Shown here: positions 21,058 to 31,400 of the stretch, one piece after another | Position numbering within the stretch: the stretch's first letter is position 1 | How the letters are laid out: every line of letters starts with the position of its first letter | Assembly: GCA_016926735.1 (NCBI GenBank) | Contig: JAFGOA010000198.1 | Coordinates: forward strand, 1 to 43,411 | Origin: Promethearchaeota archaeon | GTDB lineage: Archaea; Asgardarchaeota; Lokiarchaeia; Sigyniarchaeales; SOKP01 | Direction: 5' to 3' | DNA: 43,411 nucleotides | Position numbers and translations under genes: made by a program | Notes under the pieces: generated by a model | The model's input: the letters and a program-made list of their open reading frames with translations, nothing else | Databases searched by the model: none | Told to the model about the DNA's origin: nothing

Positions 21058-21582
21058 ATGCATTTTAAAAATAATAAAAATGAATACTATAGTTCCTTTG
21101 GATTTGAGACAGATCAATTCAATAATAATAATATTAGTCAAAATAGATTTCATGCAATCTATTTTATTGATTATATAACTGGTTCATTACTATTAAGTAA
21201 CAAATATTCAAAAAAATCAAAGTTATGTAATGCTGATGAAGATCTAATTGGTAGTTTCTTAAATGCTATTAATTTATTTATAAATGAACTTAATAATAAT
21301 GAAAAAACTGAAGAGGCAATACAAGAAATTAATTTTATTGATTCAAGAATTTTATATGAAAGAAAAGGTCGTTTAATGATTATTGCCATTTCAAAAAAAA
21401 CAAATTTATCAATTGAAAGAAAGATCTTGAAAAACATATTATTTGATTTTTATTCTCGTTTTAAATATAAAATAGAACATTTCAATGGAATTATTGATAA
21501 TGAAATGTTAGATTATGGAAAATTTTTAAATGATTTAGACTTAAATACACTTTCTCGAATAAATATTTATGAAAATATATAA
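21058..21582 (+). CDS. Longin-like domain protein
   Basis: AIYFIDYITGSLLLS..DEDLIGSFLNAINLF..IQEINF..F..RF pattern. Confidence 0.6.
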   Translation: MHFKNNKNEYYSSFGFETDQFNNNNISQNRFHAIYFIDYITGSLLLSNKYSKKSKLCNADEDLIGSFLNAINLFINELNNNEKTEEAIQEINFIDSRILYERKGRLMIIAISKKTNLSIERKILKNILFDFYSRFKYKIEHFNGIIDNEMLDYGKFLNDLDLNTLSRINIYENI

Positions 21583-21600
21583 AAATTTAGAAAATAAAAT

Positions 21601-22650
21601 TTAGTTATCTGTTGGATCTTTTCTTTTCTCTATTTCAGGTTCGATCTTTTTTGAAATACCTTCAATATCGGGTTTTAATTTCATTCTATTTTCATCCATT
21701 TCTCTTTTCTTTTCTATTAAAAAGCTTTTCTCACTAACGGTTTTTTCAATTAATTTTGAAGTTCCTTCAATATCAGGTTTAATTTGCGCTTTTTTTTCAT
21801 CTTGTTCCCGTTTTTTATCAATTAAAAAACTTTTTTCCTGAATAGATTTTTCAATTAATTTTGAAGTTCCTTCAATATCAGTTCTAATTTCATTTCTCTG
21901 TCTATCATGTTCTTTTTTTCTTTCCATTAAATAACTTTTATCTTCAATTGATTTTTCAATTAATTTTGAGGTACTTTCTATATCAGCTCGAATTTCTTTC
22001 CTCTGTTTTTCTTGTTCTTTTTTTCTTTCCATCATATAAGATTTTTCTTTAATAGAATCCTCGATTTTTTGAGATTTGCTTATTATATTTGGTTTGATGT
22101 TTTTTAAGTTTTCATCTTGTTCTCGTTTTTTATCAATTAAAAAGCTTTTTTCCTGAACAGATTTTTCAATTAATTTTGATGCTCCCTCAATGTCAAGATT
22201 AATATTTGCGATAATTTTATCTTGTTCTTTTTTTTTATCCATCATAAAACTCTTTTCTTGGATAGATTTTTCTATCTTTTGTGATGTAGATTCAAGATCT
22301 AATTTAATCCCCTTAAGTTGTCCATCTTGTTCTTTTTTTTTATCCATCATAAAACTCTTTTCTTGGATAGATTTTTCAATTATTCTTGAAGTACCTTTAA
22401 TATCTGGTTTTAATAAAGCCCTTTGTTCTTCTTTCTCTCTTTTTCTATCCATTAAATAACTTTTTTCTTCAATACTTTTTGAAATACTATCCTTACTATG
22501 CTGGAAAGATTCTAATCTCTCTTGTTCTGTATTTTTTAGATATTTATCTCGATCTTCTTTTTCTTTTTTATATATCTCATTAACAATTTTCTTTTCTTTT
22601 TCAATATTCTCCTTATTTACAGCATTTTCCTGATTAGTCAAAATACTCAC
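21601..22650 (-). CDS. Charged alpha-helical tandem-repeat protein (8 x 35 aa)
   Basis: Unit approximately KSIQEKSF(L/M)xDKKxEQDxxxxxIKPDIEGTSKLIE. Confidence 0.85.
   Translation of the reverse strand: MSILTNQENAVNKENIEKEKKIVNEIYKKEKEDRDKYLKNTEQERLESFQHSKDSISKSIEEKSYLMDRKREKEEQRALLKPDIKGTSRIIEKSIQEKSFMMDKKKEQDGQLKGIKLDLESTSQKIEKSIQEKSFMMDKKKEQDKIIANINLDIEGASKLIEKSVQEKSFLIDKKREQDENLKNIKPNIISKSQKIEDSIKEKSYMMERKKEQEKQRKEIRADIESTSKLIEKSIEDKSYLMERKKEHDRQRNEIRTDIEGTSKLIEKSIQEKSFLIDKKREQDEKKAQIKPDIEGTSKLIEKTVSEKSFLIEKKREMDENRMKLKPDIEGISKKIEPEIEKRKDPTDN
21640..22479 (-). repeat. Coding tandem repeat, 105-bp period, 8 diverged copies
   Basis: Recurrent gatttttcaattaattttga-like segments at 105-bp spacing, matching the 35-aa unit. 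Confidence 0.85.
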
Positions 22651-22765
22651 TTTTCTTTTTATACCATTATAAAATAAATAATCGATCTTGAATTTAAATT
22701 TAAATCTTTTATAAAAATAGTTCTAAAGAAAATAAGGAAATAATGAAGTGAATTATAAGATGATT

Positions 22766-23509
22766 TTATTTTATGCCTATTGGTTCGAACTCTTCTCCCT
22801 GAATAGATTCCATTAAACTTAGCACAGTTAATTTTAGATTCAACATTTCCATAACTTCAAGCCATAGTTTATTACATTGTTCTGAATTAGAAATAAGACC
22901 ACAATTAGTTATTAATTCATTGTATATGGATTTTAATCTTATTTTTAGATCATCTTGATTATCTAAAGAAATGTTTTGAGTTTCAATCCATTGATCAATA
23001 GCTTTTTTAATATCAACTTCTTGATCACTATTAAGAATATAAGAGACTTCAACTTCTTCGAAACCCTTAATCTTCTTTAGATATTCTTCATCTTTATACA
23101 TTGGCTTAATTAATAAACCTAAGTTGATAACCAAGGGTTGTAATTGTAGTTTTTGCAGAGACTGGGTTAAATAATTTAAAACCTGCTCTTTAGCTGATAT
23201 TTTAGAATAAGTCAGATATTCTTGAATAAAACGCATTAATGTATTTTTTATCAGTAATTGTTCAAATTCTTTAATAATATCGGGTTTATATTCTAAAGTT
23301 TTTTTGATTGTGATAAAAACAGAATTCATCATAGGTTCAATATCTCGAAACATAGTAAAATGATTTATATAACTTAGTAATTTATCTACAACTTGTTTTT
23401 TATAATCTTCTGATATATACCACTCTCTAAAAAATGATTCTAACTCATCATTAGTTTCTGGAATAGATAAGAACCATTTAATTTGATCAAAGTTAAAACT
23501 TAGAGACAT
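22766..23509 (-). CDS. Hypothetical protein, mostly helical
   Basis: 247-aa ORF with no recognised motif. Confidence 0.7.
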   Translation of the reverse strand: MSLSFNFDQIKWFLSIPETNDELESFFREWYISEDYKKQVVDKLLSYINHFTMFRDIEPMMNSVFITIKKTLEYKPDIIKEFEQLLIKNTLMRFIQEYLTYSKISAKEQVLNYLTQSLQKLQLQPLVINLGLLIKPMYKDEEYLKKIKGFEEVEVSYILNSDQEVDIKKAIDQWIETQNISLDNQDDLKIRLKSIYNELITNCGLISNSEQCNKLWLEVMEMLNLKLTVLSLMESIQGEEFEPIGIK

Positions 23510-23614
23510 CCAATAATTTAATAATCTTAGTTATTATTAAATTTTTCTTATATTTATATCATCCAAGTCCAGTTTTAGAGATATAATATATTTTTTTTTA
23601 AATCATAAATCTTA

Positions 23615-23667
23615 TATGTCAGTATTTGATATATATCATTAACTGATATACCTCACTTATTGAGATA
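23615..23667. promoter_or_regulatory. Three tandem palindromic operator sites upstream of the padR-like gene
   Basis: TATGTCA-N5-TGATATA (23615), TATATCA-N5-TGATATA (23632) and TACCTCA-N5-TGAGATA (23649), exact 17-bp period. Confidence 0.7.
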
Positions 23668-23693
23668 TTAATTGATAATAAAAAATAATCAAA

Positions 23694-24254
23694 ATGGTTG
23701 AGAATAAAAAGATCGCAGACGAATATGAAAACGCAATGAAAAAAGGCTTCATTAGTATGCTAGTGTTATTAGTACTCGAAAAAAATCCTTCTTATGGATA
23801 TAAAATCAGTAAAGAGATTAATAAAAGAACTATGGGTATTTGGGATCCACCATCCTCAACAATGTATACTATATTGAAAGATCTCACTAAAAAGGGACTA
23901 ATTGAGATTTATGAAATAAAAGAAGATATGCAAACAAGGATAAGAACAAGGAAATTATATAGAATAACACAAAAAGGTAAAGAATCTTTAGCATTAATTC
24001 TAAAAAAACAAAGATGTATTGAAGATTCAATTGAAACTCTCAGAATGACTTTATTAAATAATAAAGAACCAAAATTACGCTTTGGTCATGGTCCATTTCG
24101 TTTCTTTTTTCAACAATTAAATGAGAAATCTGATGAAGAAAGACTTGAATTTCTTGAGATTCAACAAGTAAAAGTTGAGAGTAAAATTCAGCAATTAAGT
24201 GAGGATTTAGTAAAAATAAAAGAAGCTATAAAAAAAATTAAAGAAAAAAAATAA
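23694..24254 (+). CDS. PadR family transcriptional regulator
   Basis: KKGFISMLVLLVLEKNPSYGYKI..STMYTILKDLTKKGLI..RKLYRITQKG. Confidence 0.92.
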   Translation: MVENKKIADEYENAMKKGFISMLVLLVLEKNPSYGYKISKEINKRTMGIWDPPSSTMYTILKDLTKKGLIEIYEIKEDMQTRIRTRKLYRITQKGKESLALILKKQRCIEDSIETLRMTLLNNKEPKLRFGHGPFRFFFQQLNEKSDEERLEFLEIQQVKVESKIQQLSEDLVKIKEAIKKIKEKK

Positions 24255-24267
24255 CAGGAAAAATCTT

Positions 24268-25590
24268 ATGGAAGAAAATATAATTGAAGTAGAAAATCTA
24301 ACCAAAATCTATGAAAATGGAAATGTTTTAGCTGTAGATAATATAGATTTACATATTAAACAAGGGGAAATTTTTGCTTTACTGGGTCCAAATGGAGCAG
24401 GAAAAACCACTACTATTAGTATGTTAGCTACGTTATTATCAAATACAGCTGGACAAGCAATTGTTAATGGTTATGATATAAAAAAACATCCAGATAAAGT
24501 AAGAAAAAGTATTGGAATAGTATTTCAGGAACCTTCCTTGGATGGTGATATGAAAGGTATTGAGAATTTAGAAATACATGCAATTTTATATGGAATGCCA
24601 AAAAAAATACGTAATGCTAAAATAAAAGAAGTTTTAAAATTAGTAGATCTTGAAGATAAAGCAGAGATATTTGTAAGGAATTATTCAGGAGGAATGAAAA
24701 GAAGATTAGAGATTGCAAGGGGTCTTTTACATGAACCTAAAATATTGTTTTTAGATGAACCAACTTTAGGATTAGATCCTCAAACACGTAGAAAAATCTG
24801 GGAGAAAATTAAAGAATTAAATAAAGGTGAATCAAAAATCACTATTCTCATTACAACACATTATATGGAAGAAGCAGATGAACTTGCTGATAGAATTTGT
24901 ATTATGGATCATGGAAAAATAATTGCTTTAGATACCTCTAAAAATCTTAAAAAACAATTATCTGGGGATGTTATAGATATTGAATTTGATAAAATAGAAG
25001 ACACTTCACTATTACCATCATTAATATCTCAATTAAAAGAAATACCTGGAATAAAACACATTTCTTTAGGAGATTCTAAGAATAATCAAGAAGAAATTCC
25101 ATTAAATCTTCCTAAAAATATACCTAATATAGATCCAAATGTCATAAAAGCAAGGATGCAAGAAATGATGCAAGATCCCAAAAAATTATTGATGGCATGG
25201 AAAAATTTTCCCATGTCTCAACAAATGTTTCAAGATGCCCCTTTAGAAATGAAAAAGAAAATAGCTAATATGTTTAATGATGATCTTATAAAAGATATTC
25301 CTGAAAATATTAGAGAAGTCATAATTAATATTAAGAATGGAGTCTTTGAAGATGATAATAGTAGAGAAATCTCTAAAATCTCAATTTCTTGTGAACATGG
25401 TGGGAAACAACTTCCCCTTATTATGCAAAATATAGATCAGAAAAAAATAATTATTAAAAATATATATATGCATCAACCAACTTTAGAAGATGTATTTTTA
25501 CACTATGTAGGAACAAAAATAAGAGAAGAGACTTCAGATCGTACAAAAGATATAAAAAAGAGAATTCAAATGAGGCAATTAACAAGGTGA
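24268..25590 (+). CDS. ABC exporter ATP-binding subunit (DrrA-like) with a C-terminal insertion
   Basis: GPNGAGKT, YSGGMKRR, FLDEPT, TTHYMEEA, PTLEDVF. Confidence 0.93.
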   Translation: MEENIIEVENLTKIYENGNVLAVDNIDLHIKQGEIFALLGPNGAGKTTTISMLATLLSNTAGQAIVNGYDIKKHPDKVRKSIGIVFQEPSLDGDMKGIENLEIHAILYGMPKKIRNAKIKEVLKLVDLEDKAEIFVRNYSGGMKRRLEIARGLLHEPKILFLDEPTLGLDPQTRRKIWEKIKELNKGESKITILITTHYMEEADELADRICIMDHGKIIALDTSKNLKKQLSGDVIDIEFDKIEDTSLLPSLISQLKEIPGIKHISLGDSKNNQEEIPLNLPKNIPNIDPNVIKARMQEMMQDPKKLLMAWKNFPMSQQMFQDAPLEMKKKIANMFNDDLIKDIPENIREVIINIKNGVFEDDNSREISKISISCEHGGKQLPLIMQNIDQKKIIIKNIYMHQPTLEDVFLHYVGTKIREETSDRTKDIKKRIQMRQLTR

Positions 25591-26385
25591 TTGAAAATGT
25601 CTGATTTAAACTTAAAACATATCGGAATTAATTATCCTGCTGTTTGGATATTAACAAAAAGGGAAGTAATTGCATTTTGGAGAGATAAAGCTAGAATAAT
25701 ATCATCTTTTGCTCAAGCTATATTATTTCTATTGGTATTTGGGTATTCATTAGGTCAAAATACTTTTCCACCAGGGTTTAATTATAAAGCATATCTAGCT
25801 TCTGGAATTGGTGCTTTAACAATTTTATTTACTGGAATTTTCGGAGGTATGGGATTAATGAGAGATAAAATGTTTGGTTTTATGAAAGAATTAATTGTAG
25901 CTCCTGTAAGTCGACAAACATTAATGATTGGTAGAACTTTAGGTATTGCAATACAAACTGTTATTCAAGTATTAATTATTTTAACATTAGGTATTGCATT
26001 TGGATTCTTAGGGTATAATCCAGATTTATTTTTACGCATTTTAATAATAATACCAATAGCATTAGCAGCAAGTATGGGAATTGTGGGTATTGGATTAATT
26101 ATCGGTACCAAAATTAGAAATTTTCAATCTTTTGGGCTAATTCAAACATTTATCGTAATGCCTATGTTTTGGCTTTCTGGAACAATTCTTCCTATTACTA
26201 ATGATTCAATCTTATATCCTATTTATCAATATAATCCATTCTCATATTGTGTTGATCTTTTTCGGAGTGTTTTAATTGGTATTAATAATTTCGATATATG
26301 GCTTGATATTTTAGTAATGTCTGCTTTTGCGATTGGGTTGATACTCTTAGGTGCCATTTCTTTTAATAAAATGGACGTATCTTAA
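25591..26385 (+). CDS. ABC-2 type permease (DrrB-like)
   Basis: About 6 TM helices, ELIVAPVSR, PMFWLSG, NPFSY; directly follows the ATPase. Confidence 0.92.
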   Translation: MKMSDLNLKHIGINYPAVWILTKREVIAFWRDKARIISSFAQAILFLLVFGYSLGQNTFPPGFNYKAYLASGIGALTILFTGIFGGMGLMRDKMFGFMKELIVAPVSRQTLMIGRTLGIAIQTVIQVLIILTLGIAFGFLGYNPDLFLRILIIIPIALAASMGIVGIGLIIGTKIRNFQSFGLIQTFIVMPMFWLSGTILPITNDSILYPIYQYNPFSYCVDLFRSVLIGINNFDIWLDILVMSAFAIGLILLGAISFNKMDVS

Positions 26386-26530
26386 TTTTTTTTTATTTTT
26401 TAAAGTGTTTTTATTATTTTTTATTATTATTTTCATTTTATCATTTATTTCTATCTTATCAAAAGATATCACAAAGAACATAAGCTATGAGAGTTTAATT
26501 TGATTCATTGGTTGAAAAAAGTTAAATAAT

Positions 26531-27328
26531 ATGCCTAGAAAGTATATCTTTGGTCCTGTTAAATCAAGACGTTTAGGTTTATCTCTCGGTATAGATATTT
26601 TACTAAAAAAAAAGACCTGTACTTTTAATTGTGTTTATTGCGAAATAGGTTGTACGAATCCAAATCACTTAGTATCTCCAGAATATAGAATTCATAATCC
26701 CCCAAAACCTGCTTTTCAGAAAGAACTTAAAGATATGCTAAAATTTACTCCAAATCTGAATAGTATTACCTTTGGTTATAATGGAGAACCAACATTAAAT
26801 GAAAATATTATAGATTTTCTTAAAATTGCATATCAAATTAGAGATGAAAAAGAATGGAATAAGAAACCAAGAATGTCATTATTAACTAATTCTACTACAC
26901 TATATAATAAAGAAATAAGAGCGAAGATATCACAATTTGAATATATCATAGCTAAATTAGATGCTGGGACTGAAAAAGATTTTAAAATAACAAATAGACC
27001 CCATAAAAATATATCTGATATCAATATTATAGTAGATTCATTGATAAAATTGAAGAGAGAAATGCCAATAAATAATAAACTAGCAATTCAAATTCTATTA
27101 TATAACTCATATATAAGCAAGAGATATTCAAATAACAATAAACAAAATATATATCAATTAGGTTATGCTCTAAAAAAAATAAAACCAGATTATGTACAAT
27201 TATATTCAATCTCTAGAATTCCTGCTGAACCAACAATTTACTCTATTAATACCTCAGAATTGGAAAAAATTTCAAATAAACTAAAAAAGATAATAGATGA
27301 CAATTCAATAACTATTTATCACTATTAA
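26531..27328 (+). CDS. Radical SAM Fe-S oxidoreductase (FGPVxSRRLGxSLG family)
   Basis: FGPVKSRRLGLSLGID, CTFNCVYC, GEPTL. Confidence 0.88.
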   Translation: MPRKYIFGPVKSRRLGLSLGIDILLKKKTCTFNCVYCEIGCTNPNHLVSPEYRIHNPPKPAFQKELKDMLKFTPNLNSITFGYNGEPTLNENIIDFLKIAYQIRDEKEWNKKPRMSLLTNSTTLYNKEIRAKISQFEYIIAKLDAGTEKDFKITNRPHKNISDINIIVDSLIKLKREMPINNKLAIQILLYNSYISKRYSNNNKQNIYQLGYALKKIKPDYVQLYSISRIPAEPTIYSINTSELEKISNKLKKIIDDNSITIYHY

Positions 27329-27362
27329 TTTTATTTAAAATAAATTATTAATATTACCAAAG

Positions 27363-28388
27363 GTGAGAATTTTATTGGAAAAATACATTGTAGGATGTGA
27401 TATTGGAGGTACTTGGGTCCGTGTTGCCATTTGTAAGTTAAGTTTGAGAAATGAAGACATTATTGTTAAAAAGGAAAGGACTCTAAAGGAAGATGAGAAC
27501 TCAATTAGTAAACAAATATGTAAGTTATTAAACTTATTAATTAAAGAAAAGGATCTAAAAGAAGAACAAATTCTTGGAATTGGATTAGCTTCAGCTGGTC
27601 CTTTAGATATAAACAAAGGTATAGTATTTAATAATGCAAATTTAGGATTTAAAGAAATCCCTCTTAAAGAACCAATTAAGAAAATATTTCCAGAGATTCC
27701 CCTCTATCTTATTAATGATTGTAACGCAGCTGTGTTAGGTGTTCATTTTTTTGAGGCAGATAATGATGAAAAAGACAATATTGCTTACATCACTATGTCC
27801 ACTGGTATAGGTGGGGGAGTTATATGTAATGGAAATCTCATTTTAGGAAAAGACGGAAATGCTTCAGAAATAGGACATATGATTCTAGAACCCAATAGCA
27901 TAAATAAATGCAATTGTGGTGCTTATGGATGTTGGGAAGTATTTAGTTCTGGAACAGGTATAAGAAATAGAACTTTAGATGCAATCAAAGAAGGAAAATT
28001 GAATTTTGAAAAATTATTAAGATTAGTGGATAATAATCTTTCTCAAATTACAGCTAAGGAAGTATTTGAAGCTGCAAGACAAAACGATGAGCTATCTTTG
28101 AAAATTATTGAAAAATGTATTTTATTTGCGAAAATTGGCATTGGAAGTGTAAATAACTTTTATGATTGTAAATCAATTTATTTTGGCGGAGCATTAATGG
28201 AAAACTCAGAACAGATAATCAATCCACTTCAAGAGCAATTTAAATCAGATCCTATAAAATTCACAATAAATCGTCCACCAATACTAAAAATAAGTAAATT
28301 TAAAAGTGAAATCGGTATAAAGGGTGCATTAGCTTATATTAAATACAAATTGGAAAAAAATGGAGTAGTAGCTTTTTGTACTGAATAA
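27363..28388 (+). CDS. ROK family sugar kinase (true start possibly TTG at 27375)
   Basis: GCDIGGT, NDCNAA, TGIGGG, EIGH, CNCGAYGCWE. Confidence 0.93.
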   Translation: MRILLEKYIVGCDIGGTWVRVAICKLSLRNEDIIVKKERTLKEDENSISKQICKLLNLLIKEKDLKEEQILGIGLASAGPLDINKGIVFNNANLGFKEIPLKEPIKKIFPEIPLYLINDCNAAVLGVHFFEADNDEKDNIAYITMSTGIGGGVICNGNLILGKDGNASEIGHMILEPNSINKCNCGAYGCWEVFSSGTGIRNRTLDAIKEGKLNFEKLLRLVDNNLSQITAKEVFEAARQNDELSLKIIEKCILFAKIGIGSVNNFYDCKSIYFGGALMENSEQIINPLQEQFKSDPIKFTINRPPILKISKFKSEIGIKGALAYIKYKLEKNGVVAFCTE

Positions 28389-28535
28389 ATTCCTCATTTT
28401 ATACCTTTATAATAATGGGTCTAAATACTTATAGTTCTTGATTATGATATAAACAATCATAAATTTTATTTTGAATTATGTATATATCTATTTATTCTTA
28501 TTTATATTGAATACAAAATTGATGTGATTAATAAA

Positions 28536-28712
28536 ATGGTAAAATGTGAATGTCCTTCCTGTTATTATGAGTTTGAGCTAGACGAAGGTACTATTGTTGG
28601 AGAAATTGTTACTTGTTCTGATTGTGGAGTTGATTTGGAAGTAACTAAAATAGAAAATGAAGTTGCCACAGTTGAAGTAGCTGAAAAGACTGAAGAAGAT
28701 TGGGGAGAATAA
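28536..28712 (+). CDS. lysW: Amino-group carrier protein LysW
   Basis: Zinc ribbon CPSC..CSDCG and the diagnostic C-terminus EEDWGE. Confidence 0.95.
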   Translation: MVKCECPSCYYEFELDEGTIVGEIVTCSDCGVDLEVTKIENEVATVEVAEKTEEDWGE

Positions 28713-28833
28713 TTTATCTATCATTCTCGAGTTTTTAATTCTTCTTGATTAATCTTGTTTTATAAATTTATATATTATTATTATACTGATTTTTAGGTTT
28801 TAACTAATTTTTTTTCAGTAAAATTATTTTAAG

Positions 28834-30657
28834 TTACTTCAATATTTCTAGAATTTTTTGAGCTAAATTTTTTCCAACAATCTCAGAAATGTCTTGAAAG
28901 GAAGCTTTTTTAATACCTTCAATGCTACCAAACTTATTAAAAAGCATATTTCTTTTGGCAGGTCCTATTCCCTTAATATTTTCAAGAATTGATTTAGATA
29001 TTCTTTTTTCTCTTTGTTTTTTATGTAATCTCACAGCAAATCTATGTGCCTCATCTCTGATATGTTGAAATAGTCTTAAAATTGATGAATTATTCGGTAA
29101 TCTTATAGATTCTTTTTGATTTAATATGAAAATCTCTTCTAATCTTTTAGCTAAACTTATTATTGGAATCTCAAGACCTAAATCTTCAATAATTTTACCC
29201 GCAGCATTTAATTGTCCTTTACCTCCATCAATTAAAATTAAATCTGGTAAAACACCATTTCTTTTCATAATTGAACTATATCTTCTTTTAATAACTTCTT
29301 TCATCATTCCTACATCATCAGGAGTTGATTTTGATTTAATTTTATAATGTCGATATTTTTGATTAAATGGTCTACCTTCAAGAAAATACACCATAGAACC
29401 AGTTGCATCCTTACCCTCTATATTTGAAATATCAAATCCTTCAATTATTCGAGGTATAGTTGGTAAATCTAATAAAACTTTGATTTCCTCTAATACTCTC
29501 TCTTGATCTAATCCTTCTTTTTGTTTAATCTCTTCTATTTGTATTTGTTGGAAAACCATAACTTTAGCATTTTTAAATGCGATTTTTAGAAGAGCCTGTT
29601 CATTATAATCAATTGGAGCTCTAATCTTGATGTTTTCTTTTTTATTTTTAAGAATATCATTTAATAAAACAAAATTATCTGAAAATTGAGGTATTACGAT
29701 AATGTCTGGTATACTATATGAAAGATCTTGATAATATTGAACTAAAAGAGATATTAATAACTCTTTTTTTTTTACTATTTTATCATTTAGATCAATATTA
29801 AATTGACTTTTTTTCATTATTTTACCTTCTTGTATATGAATTATTATCAGTGAAAAAAAGTTTTTTTCACTATAATATTGAACTATGTCTTTACTTTGCT
29901 CTTCATAAAGAATTACATGCTGCTTAATTGTTGAGTTTTCAATAGCATCTAATTTATCTCTCCAAAAAGAAGCAGCTTCATATTTCTGAGATTTTGCCGC
30001 ATTTTCCATATTATTTTTGATTTGCTTTTTTAGATCTGTAGTTTTACCATCTAAAAACAGGTCAATTTTTTTTATATTTTCAAGATAATCCTCTTTACTT
30101 ATTATACCAATGCAAGGACCCAGGCATAGTTTTAACTGATAATAAAGGCAATGTTTCTTCCGTTGTTTTATTTTATTCTTACAAGAACAAAAAGGGAATA
30201 TTTTTCTTAAATCTCTTAAGATTCTTTGAATATTTCCTTTATCGGTATATGGTCCAAAGAATTTATTTTTTTGATTAAAATGATGAGGGTTTCTTATAAT
30301 TAGAACTCTTGGGAATTCTTCTGAATATGTAATCATAACCCAAGGATATGTTTTTGAATCTCGCATTAAAACATTAAAAGGAGGGCGATGCTTCTTAATT
30401 AAGATATTTTCTAGTATTAATGCTTCTTTTTCATTTTCTGTTACTATAAAATCAATAGAATAAATCTTACTAACTAAATCCTTTATTTTTTCTCCATAAT
30501 AAGGATCACTAAAAGATGTTTTATTAAAATATTGTGCTACTCTTTTTTTAAGACTAATGGCTTTACCGATATAAATAATAATTCCATTTTCATCTTTAAA
30601 TTGATATATTCCTGGTTCATTTGGTAAACTTTTTCTTTCTAAATCTAAATTATTCAT
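28834..30657 (-). CDS. uvrC: Excinuclease ABC subunit C
   Basis: GIY-YIG domain (PGIYQF..IYIGKA), IEGFDISN, LIDGGKGQL, RDEAHRFA and a HhH tail. Confidence 0.97.
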   Translation of the reverse strand: MNNLDLERKSLPNEPGIYQFKDENGIIIYIGKAISLKKRVAQYFNKTSFSDPYYGEKIKDLVSKIYSIDFIVTENEKEALILENILIKKHRPPFNVLMRDSKTYPWVMITYSEEFPRVLIIRNPHHFNQKNKFFGPYTDKGNIQRILRDLRKIFPFCSCKNKIKQRKKHCLYYQLKLCLGPCIGIISKEDYLENIKKIDLFLDGKTTDLKKQIKNNMENAAKSQKYEAASFWRDKLDAIENSTIKQHVILYEEQSKDIVQYYSEKNFFSLIIIHIQEGKIMKKSQFNIDLNDKIVKKKELLISLLVQYYQDLSYSIPDIIVIPQFSDNFVLLNDILKNKKENIKIRAPIDYNEQALLKIAFKNAKVMVFQQIQIEEIKQKEGLDQERVLEEIKVLLDLPTIPRIIEGFDISNIEGKDATGSMVYFLEGRPFNQKYRHYKIKSKSTPDDVGMMKEVIKRRYSSIMKRNGVLPDLILIDGGKGQLNAAGKIIEDLGLEIPIISLAKRLEEIFILNQKESIRLPNNSSILRLFQHIRDEAHRFAVRLHKKQREKRISKSILENIKGIGPAKRNMLFNKFGSIEGIKKASFQDISEIVGKNLAQKILEILK

Positions 30658-30858
30658 ATATTTTCAATATTATCGTAAATTTAACAGTGTTAATTTATCA
30701 TTTATATTTAAGCAAACAAAATAATATTTTTTTTTCCTTTATTTAAAATAAGATGGATCTTCGATTTTTTGCACTAATAAAAAAATTATTTTATTGACAA
30801 TAAATTATTATCATTTATTATTTTCCAATTTATATAAAGAAATTTTGGTTTTCCTATT

Positions 30859-31287
30859 ATGGTAAACATTAGAATATGTCCAAAATGTAAAAAACCTTCA
30901 TTAACAAATGCTCATAATTTATTGAGTTTTTGGGGTGGAAATACCTTATTAAAATGTAAGGAATGTGATTATCAAGGATACTTTTATTTAGAGATTGATC
31001 CTAATGAATATAAAGACCAAAATGAGGAAAATATCGAAAATTATGATGATTTAACTAAAAAAAATGTTCAAAATATTATTTTTCTTAATTTATGTCATAA
31101 TTGTGGTTCAAAACTAAGAAATAACTCAAATTTCTGTTTTGAATGTGGCTTTAATAAAGAAATAAACGAAAAATTACCCTCTCCAAAATCAATACCAAAA
31201 AATGCTAAAAATTGTCTATATTGTGGTAATAAAATAAAAAAGCGGGATAAGTATTGTGTATCTTGTGGTAATGAGCTCGATCTATAA
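30859..31287 (+). CDS. Multi zinc-ribbon protein
   Basis: Six CxxC motifs (CPKC, CKEC, CHNC, CFEC, CLYC, CVSC). Confidence 0.8.
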   Translation: MVNIRICPKCKKPSLTNAHNLLSFWGGNTLLKCKECDYQGYFYLEIDPNEYKDQNEENIENYDDLTKKNVQNIIFLNLCHNCGSKLRNNSNFCFECGFNKEINEKLPSPKSIPKNAKNCLYCGNKIKKRDKYCVSCGNELDL

Positions 31288-31400
31288 TCATCTATCTTCA
31301 TTCTTTTAATAAATAAATTAGTAGATCTACTTATTTTATACATTTAAAACTAATAAATATGAATAAAATTATATATATCCATATGGATTAGGAATATATT

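Noticed and set aside
21640-22479. CRISPR array
   Set aside because: The repeats are degenerate, in frame and coding, with no unique spacers and no cas genes.
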